A stretch of 21,418 nucleotides of DNA from Thermodesulfobacteriota bacterium (GTDB taxonomy: Bacteria; Desulfobacterota; Desulfobulbia; Desulfobulbales; SURF-16). The stretch's first letter is position 1. Each line of letters begins with the position of its first letter. The translations under genes and the position numbers were made by a program. This document shows positions 16,154 to 21,418 of the stretch, one piece after another. Where the stretch lies: contig JBDLIE010000046.1 in assembly GCA_039715015.1 (NCBI GenBank), forward strand, positions 1 through 21,418. Direction: 5' to 3'. The notes under the pieces are model-generated. The model was not told where the DNA came from and searched no databases. It saw only the letters and a program-made list of their open reading frames with translations.

Positions 16154-16624
16154 ATGAGAATTGTAATTTCCAGTACAGGAGCCAATCTTAAAGCAGATGT
16201 TGATCCCCGTTTTGGCAGAGCGGCCTTCCTGCTTCTTTATGACACGGACAAAAAAGAAGTGGTGGAGGTAATCGACAATGGCGAAGGACAGGATGCCGCG
16301 CAAGGAGCAGGGATCAGCGTTGCCAGCCTCTTGGCTCAAAAAGGCGTTGCCGTGATTATAACTGGTCGGGTTGGTCCCAAGGCCATGAAGGTAGTGAGAA
16401 AGGCGGGAATCAAGGTGGTCTCCAATGCCACAGGCACGGTGGAGGGTGCCGTTTCTGGGTTTAGCGGTCAAGGTGCTTCCGGCCAGGATAATGGAGCCCA
16501 GGATGAGAGGAAGGTGCCCGGCGCTGAGTGTCGCCGTCGAAACGTCTGGCAGAAAGGCGGCGGTCCCACCAGGATGGGCCGAGGTTATGGGGGCAGAGGA
16601 CGAGGACAGGTTTCCGGAAGGTAA
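16154..16624 (+). CDS. NifB/NifX-family metal-cluster-binding protein (Orange protein-like) with Gly/Arg tail
   Basis: VDPRFGRA, GAGI, IITGRVGPKA, AGIKV, GTVEGAV; GAGGTG RBS. Confidence 0.9.
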   Translation: MRIVISSTGANLKADVDPRFGRAAFLLLYDTDKKEVVEVIDNGEGQDAAQGAGISVASLLAQKGVAVIITGRVGPKAMKVVRKAGIKVVSNATGTVEGAVSGFSGQGASGQDNGAQDERKVPGAECRRRNVWQKGGGPTRMGRGYGGRGRGQVSGR

Positions 16625-16641
16625 AGGGCGGAGGTGGGCAA

Positions 16642-17469
16642 ATGCAGATAGCTGTTGCCAGTGGTAAGGGCGGGACGGGCAAGACCACGATTTCCACCAG
16701 TCTGGCCCTGTGCGCCCAAGGCGGGGTGCAGTTTCTCGACTGTGACGTGGAGGAGCCTAATGGCCATATTTTTCTTAAGCCTGAGCTGACCGAGAGCAGC
16801 AAACACAGCGTCGCCATTCCCCGTATCGTCACAGAACAATGCTCTTACTGCGGCAAATGCCGTAATATCTGCCGCTTTAATGCCATTACCATGTTTGGTC
16901 AGACCATTATGGCCTTTTCAGAACTCTGCCACTCCTGTCTCGGCTGCTTTTTGGTGTGCGAGGAGAATGCCATTGTTCATGATTCACGGGAGGTCGGTGT
17001 TCTGGAGCAGGGGCAGGCAGGTGAGATCGCCTTTGTCCATGGCAGAATTCGGGTGGGGGAGGCCATGGCAGTTCCGCTGATTAACGAGGTAAAGAAAAAG
17101 GCGAATAAGGCAGATCTGGTTATCATTGATGCGCCTCCCGGAACCTCCTGTCCCTTTGTGGAGGCGGTATCTGGGGCAGATTTTGTCCTCCTGGTCACAG
17201 AAGCCACCCCCTTTGGTCTCCATGATTTGAAACTGGCGGTGCAGGTGTTGAGAACTTTTGCCAAGCCATGCGGGGTGCTTGTTAACCGTTCCGACCTCGG
17301 TGATGACCGGCTGGAAAAATGGTGCCAGGTGGAAAATATACCGGTTCTGCTAAAAATTCCCTTTGATCGAACCATTGCCGAAGGCTATGCCCGCGGAGAT
17401 ACCCTGCTGCAAAGCAGGCCTGATCTACGTCAGCCACTGGAAAATCTACTCCAGGAGATTGTCCAATGA
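16642..17469 (+). CDS. MinD/CobQ-like P-loop ATPase with ferredoxin insert
   Basis: MQIAVASGKGGTGKTT, DCDVEEPN, CSYCGKC..IC, CHSCLGC..VC, DAPPGTSCP; GGAGGT RBS gives start 16642. Confidence 0.93.
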   Translation: MQIAVASGKGGTGKTTISTSLALCAQGGVQFLDCDVEEPNGHIFLKPELTESSKHSVAIPRIVTEQCSYCGKCRNICRFNAITMFGQTIMAFSELCHSCLGCFLVCEENAIVHDSREVGVLEQGQAGEIAFVHGRIRVGEAMAVPLINEVKKKANKADLVIIDAPPGTSCPFVEAVSGADFVLLVTEATPFGLHDLKLAVQVLRTFAKPCGVLVNRSDLGDDRLEKWCQVENIPVLLKIPFDRTIAEGYARGDTLLQSRPDLRQPLENLLQEIVQ

Positions 17470-18404
17470 AAGAAATAGTCGTTTTAAGCGGAAAAGGCGG
17501 CACCGGCAAGACCACCCTGTTGGGATCTCTGGCCTGCCTGGCTGAAAACAAGGTGCTGGCAGATTGTGATGTCGATGCGGCAGATCTTCACCTCCTCCTG
17601 GCCCCTGAACATCGGAGCGAAAATGAGTTCCGTTCCGGGGTCAAGGCCCGGGTGGCGTCAGATAAATGTACAGGATGCGGTACCTGCCAGGAGTTATGCC
17701 AGTTTGGGGCCATTGATGTGGTCTCATGCGCTGCGGTTGACACTCTGGCCTGTGAGGGTTGTGGAGTCTGCGCCTATTTCTGCCCAGAGCAGGCCATCCA
17801 TTTGGATAAGAATCATTGCGGCACCTGGTATATCTCTGATACTGACTATGGCCCCTTAGTCCATGCCCAACTCTTTGCCGGAGAGGAAAATTCCGGCAAA
17901 CTGGTCTCTTTTGTCAAGGGGCAGGCCCGCCAGCTGGCTGAAGATAGCGGCGCCGACTTCATATTGGTTGATGGCGCACCGGGTATTGGTTGTCCGGTGA
18001 TCGCCTCCCTGTCAGGGGCCGATGCCATGGTGGCGGTGACTGAGCCGACCCTGTCGGGCTGGCACGATCTGGTCAGGGTTCTTGATCTGGCCGATCATTT
18101 CCAGGTGCAGGCCTTTGTCTGCCTCAATAAATGGGATCTCAATCCGGAAATTGCTGCTGTTGTGACAGAGCGCTGTCTGCAGAGAGGTGTTGATATTTTA
18201 GGGCGCATTCCTTTTGATCCGGCCGTGATTACTGCTCAGTTAAAGGGCCGGCCTGTGGTGCTCACCGACTCTCTGGCGGCAACGGCTCTAAGGGCAGTGT
18301 GGCCGGTTTTGCATGGGAAAGTAATCAATACTTTTTCCGAGCTGTCAGGGCCCAAGGTTGCCTTTCCCGCCCCTTCTTATCAGGGTGAAATGCGCCTCGG
18401 TTGA
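17466..18404 (+). CDS. MinD/CobQ-like P-loop ATPase with ferredoxin insert (second paralog)
   Basis: SGKGGTGKTT, DCDVDAADLHL, CTGCGTC..LC, CEGCGVC..FCP, GEENSGKLV, DGAPGIGCPV; ATGA overlap. Confidence 0.93.
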   Translation: MKEIVVLSGKGGTGKTTLLGSLACLAENKVLADCDVDAADLHLLLAPEHRSENEFRSGVKARVASDKCTGCGTCQELCQFGAIDVVSCAAVDTLACEGCGVCAYFCPEQAIHLDKNHCGTWYISDTDYGPLVHAQLFAGEENSGKLVSFVKGQARQLAEDSGADFILVDGAPGIGCPVIASLSGADAMVAVTEPTLSGWHDLVRVLDLADHFQVQAFVCLNKWDLNPEIAAVVTERCLQRGVDILGRIPFDPAVITAQLKGRPVVLTDSLAATALRAVWPVLHGKVINTFSELSGPKVAFPAPSYQGEMRLG

Positions 18405-18461
18405 ACCAGTTTCTTTCTATGGGTAGGAGCTGGATAAACTTAAAACATTTTGTTGTTCTTT

Positions 18462-18609
18462 GGAGTCTCGCAGGCTCGCTTACCTGGCATGACGAACGAC
18501 CAATGCGTCGCGCCAAAATAAAAAGGCCCCCATCTGATTAACAGGCTGCGCTTTTTATATCGGCGCCGCCCCTTAGCTTCGAATCAGGTAAGCGAGCCTG
18601 TGCGACTCC
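18462..18609. repeat. Nested inverted-repeat element (MITE/REPIN-like)
   Basis: Perfect 16-bp arms CAGGCTCGCTTACCTG (18471-18486)/CAGGTAAGCGAGCCTG (18585-18600), extended by GGAGTC/GACTCC; inner GCGCC..ATAAAAAG/CTTTTTAT..GGCGC. Confidence 0.7.
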
Positions 18610-19061
18610 GGATGCCTAATTTTTAAGAATAGCCTTAAAAACCCATACCGTTTTTCTCAGTCAGTCAGGTCCTGATCCAGAACAAAATTATTGCCTCTAT
18701 TGGGGGGGGATCTCCATAGGTTAGAGGGCCTGATAGGTGAGGGCCATTAGGTCATTCATTGGACATCCAAGGATGTAGAGCTGAAGTCCCCTCCGGCCTG
18801 GCCTGCAACCGCATGTCCTGCCTGGTAATAGGTGGCGATCATGACAAATCGATGCCGGCTGTTTATCAAGTCCGCTAGAATCTGGGGCGCCGCAATCGCC
18901 ATCCCTAAATTTTATGAAAAGAAAGGAGTGCTGGTCAAGGGGACAACAGGATCAGAATGGGGTGGCATGGAAGGTCCAAGAAGCGTTAAATGCCGGGCGT
19001 GCCCGGATCTAACAGATCTCAAAATGTGCGCCTGCCCATGACATTTTGTTCAACAGGAAGG

Positions 19062-19096
19062 CCCCAAGAGGCTGATGCTAAAACAGCCTATTGGGG
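19062..19096 (-). terminator. Hairpin downstream of M48 gene
   Basis: CCCCAA-G-AGGCTG/CAGCCT-A-TTGGGG; weak U tail. Confidence 0.45.
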
Positions 19097-19112
19097 TGGA
19101 ATGTTTATGTGA

Positions 19113-20099
19113 TTATTGACCAAAAGATTCCAGTTTAAATTCAGAATCAGGCGTCATGGATTGACCCAGGCTTGGTGATGCCTGTTGCTGGGCTTTTTCC
19201 CGGTAGGCAGCAAATTGAGGGATAGCTATGGCGGCCATAATACCTATGATGGCAATAACAACAAGTATACCTCCAGCTCCTGCGCCAGCACCAATGCGTG
19301 GTATAAACATGGCGAACAGCCAGGCGAATAAATTTCTGCTTGGCATATCGGCAGTCTCCCCCTTTGCCATGGCAACAAGACGAGACATTCTTTTAACCAA
19401 CCAGGGGTAATCTGCGATCAATTCATTAAAAGACATCCAGAAGCCACCGGTTGCTTGTGCTTGAGCAATGTAGTTCGAAACTTGAAGGGTTTGCCAGCGA
19501 TTGGCACCGGCACTAAGAGCCGCAAGGCCGTATATGGCATCTTGGGGATTGGGGCAGCAAGAAAAACCGTAATTGTCGCAGGTATACTCGCGAGCTCTGC
19601 TGTATGCTGCCCCTAACAGTGGAAGGAGCAGGGCTGGAAATAATATAGGAGCCCATACAAGATGCTTCCGATGGATGTGACCAAGCTCGTGGCCAATGTA
19701 GAAATTCAATGCATGCTTGTTTTTTTCAAGGGCATCAACAACATCAGAAAATAATACTACAAAATTTCGCCCCAAAAACCGAGTCGCAAAAGCATTAAAA
19801 GCCCCATCACCGTGTAAGACATAGGTTTCTGGTATTTCTTGAATATCAAGCCTTTTGCAGCAGTTTGTAAGTTGCTCGTATAAATCAGGGAATTGCTTGT
19901 CGGAGATTTTTACAGCCGTCCCCTTCAGGTAAGAAATCAGAGCAGAGTGAGCAAATAGAAAACTTATATAGAATATACCGCCATACATAAGAGCAACACC
20001 TAATGTTCCGAATATTACCAATATCCAAAACAAAATAGAGATGATTGCCGAAACAACAAAAAGTGATTTTTCATTTTGATAAAGTAAACTTTGGGTCAT
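19113..20099 (-). CDS. M48-family (HtpX-like) zinc metallopeptidase with pilin-like C-terminal helix
   Basis: N-terminal TMs, FNAFAT, GHELGH (HExxH), YSRAREYTCD; tail ILVVIAIIGIMAAIAIPQFAAYREKAQ. Confidence 0.9.
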   Translation of the reverse strand: MTQSLLYQNEKSLFVVSAIISILFWILVIFGTLGVALMYGGIFYISFLFAHSALISYLKGTAVKISDKQFPDLYEQLTNCCKRLDIQEIPETYVLHGDGAFNAFATRFLGRNFVVLFSDVVDALEKNKHALNFYIGHELGHIHRKHLVWAPILFPALLLPLLGAAYSRAREYTCDNYGFSCCPNPQDAIYGLAALSAGANRWQTLQVSNYIAQAQATGGFWMSFNELIADYPWLVKRMSRLVAMAKGETADMPSRNLFAWLFAMFIPRIGAGAGAGGILVVIAIIGIMAAIAIPQFAAYREKAQQQASPSLGQSMTPDSEFKLESFGQ

Positions 20100-20357
20100 G
20101 TGGTGTCCTTTGTCGTAGTGGGAATGGTTTGTGGTGGGCTGGTCGGTGCTTAAAGGGGATAACAGTAAAAGATGGGCAATAAATTAGATCAGCTTCTCCG
20201 GGGAAGATCTTTGCATACCGTGTTGATTTTCAAGGGAATACAGACTTTTTTAACTAACTAAATATGCCAAAGACGGTCAACAATTTGTTGGGAAAGTTGG
20301 GCGAAAAAAAAGCCCATATTGATTGAGGGTAAAGATATAAAACGGAGAAGGGTAAAA

Positions 20358-21059
20358 TTAAACTTTAGTTTTCCGCCAGCCTACAGGCCGTCCACTTTTT
20401 CTGGGTTTGAGTCGTCTTCCGGTCAGTGTCTCTAGTTCTGCTTTAAATCGATCATTGCCAACGGCCATACTCTTGTGCGTGTTGGCCCTTATCTCCTCCA
20501 ACAATTCACCTTCGAGGTCATGACTAAATAACTCACGATATTTTTTCTGGCGGTCTGATAAATCTTTGCCCAATAACAGATACTCTTGGTGAGGGGTACA
20601 TAGCTCAGAAACCTTGCCCAGCGCATTTATTTGATAGCTAGACCAGCGATACTCTCCAGGGTCATCCACCATTGCTGCCCGAACAGGATTGAATTCAATA
20701 TATTTATAGAGTTCCAGGAGATAACGTTCAGCTTGAACCAGGCAAGATTTAAACCTACCCTCCCACAGGGTGCCGCTACGGCGATATTCATAGTTGAAAT
20801 ATTGCACATATCGCCGCCCTAATGACTGCATCATTTTACTAATGCCTCCCTCCTGCCGGGGAGTACACAGTAAGTGGACATGGTTGGTCATCATCACCCA
20901 GGCATGAATCTCTACCCTGTACTTTTGGGAATACTCTTTAAGCCATGCAGCATAGGCGCCGTGATCTTCGTCACAAACAAAGCAGGCTTGGCGATTGTTA
21001 CCACGCTGAATAACATGAACCGGGATGTCAGCCGGAGAAATTCTAGGAAGTCGTGCCAT
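20358..21059 (-). CDS. Y1 HUH transposase, RAYT/IS200-like
   Basis: MARLPR, HVIQRGNNRQ, MTNHVHLL (HUH), GTLWEGRFKS, YIEFNPVRA, YRWSSY. Confidence 0.92.
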   Translation of the reverse strand: MARLPRISPADIPVHVIQRGNNRQACFVCDEDHGAYAAWLKEYSQKYRVEIHAWVMMTNHVHLLCTPRQEGGISKMMQSLGRRYVQYFNYEYRRSGTLWEGRFKSCLVQAERYLLELYKYIEFNPVRAAMVDDPGEYRWSSYQINALGKVSELCTPHQEYLLLGKDLSDRQKKYRELFSHDLEGELLEEIRANTHKSMAVGNDRFKAELETLTGRRLKPRKSGRPVGWRKTKV

Positions 21060-21228
21060 TAGATTTGCAATGAGCGAGGGGAAATTTTTTGAAAGAAAGC
21101 CTACGCCTAACTCGGTGTTGGGTCAAGATTTCATTCCACTCTTACACCATTTATTTTCTTCTTTTCTGATTATGGCCATAATGGTCAATAATTGTTATTG
21201 TGAAGTGATGATTAATTAGGAGGTAGCT

Positions 21229-21322
21229 ATGAATGTTTCTTTGACTCCAGAAATGGATAAGTGGATTTCCGGCAAGGTCAAATCTGGGCAATATAAATCC
21301 TCCAGCGAGGTTGTCCGTGAAG
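21229..21322 (+). pseudogene. parD: Second ParD-family antitoxin, interrupted after codon 31
   Basis: AGGAGGT RBS; MNVSLTPEMDKWISGKVKSGQYKSSSEVVRE, 27/31 identical to the 1824-2087 product, then IS end. Confidence 0.88.
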
Positions 21323-21418
21323 TGATCTTTCCCCAATATGGTGGACACGGAGTTAAGCCACTTTTTGCATTTTCAACCATTCCATTTCGTAAAATGAAGG
21401 TGATTGGTAGCCGTTTGA
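21323..21418 (-). mobile_element. Right end of an IS3-family element (IRR plus transposase C-terminus), runs off window
   Basis: TGATCTTTCCCCAATATGGTGGACACGGAGTTAAG resembles IS3 terminal IRs; minus strand reads SNGYQSPSFYEMEWLKMQKVA* (21418-21353), like the IS3 OrfB GYxSP..E tail. Confidence 0.85.

Noticed and set aside
18832..19041. 69-aa ORF containing AAIAIPKF, echoing the pilin-like tail of the M48 gene
   Set aside because: Only 8 residues match, no hydrophobic helix or clear RBS; cannot separate remnant from chance.
21105..21123. GCCTAACTCGGTGTTGGGT resembling an attC right half
   Set aside because: No complementary left half (RYYYAAC) upstream; may be chance or a remnant.

Overview
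Chromosomal window, by gene content probably from a sulfate/sulfur-metabolising Desulfobacterota, Desulfobulbales-like (inference). Left end (1-2.4 kb): C-terminus of a RAYT-like Y1 transposase, three type II toxin-antitoxin pairs (Phd-RelE/ParE, YefM-YoeB, ParD-ParE with a frameshifted toxin) and tRNA-Arg(UCG). 2.5-7.2 kb: ECF sigma, zinc-finger anti-sigma and envelope-protein genes sharing a GGAACC-N16-CGT promoter motif. 8.4-18.4 kb, the main system: a sigma54 regulon readable directly from the DNA. Four promoters each have two TTGCR-N4-YGCAA palindromes exactly 33 bp apart, an IHF-like site and a -24/-12 box at near-fixed distances. They drive two paralogous unknown membrane proteins, a heptaheme cytochrome c (with an EF-hand loop) plus cytochrome b, and an Orange-protein (ORP)-like operon. 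The likely activator is an OrpR-like enhancer-binding protein with four tandem CX8CX3C PAS domains; a second regulator has the same PAS plus HTH but no AAA+ domain. Right end: M48 peptidase with a pilin-like tail, an intact RAYT-like transposase, and a second parD copy interrupted by an IS3-family element. All calls are by eye; no database searches were run.
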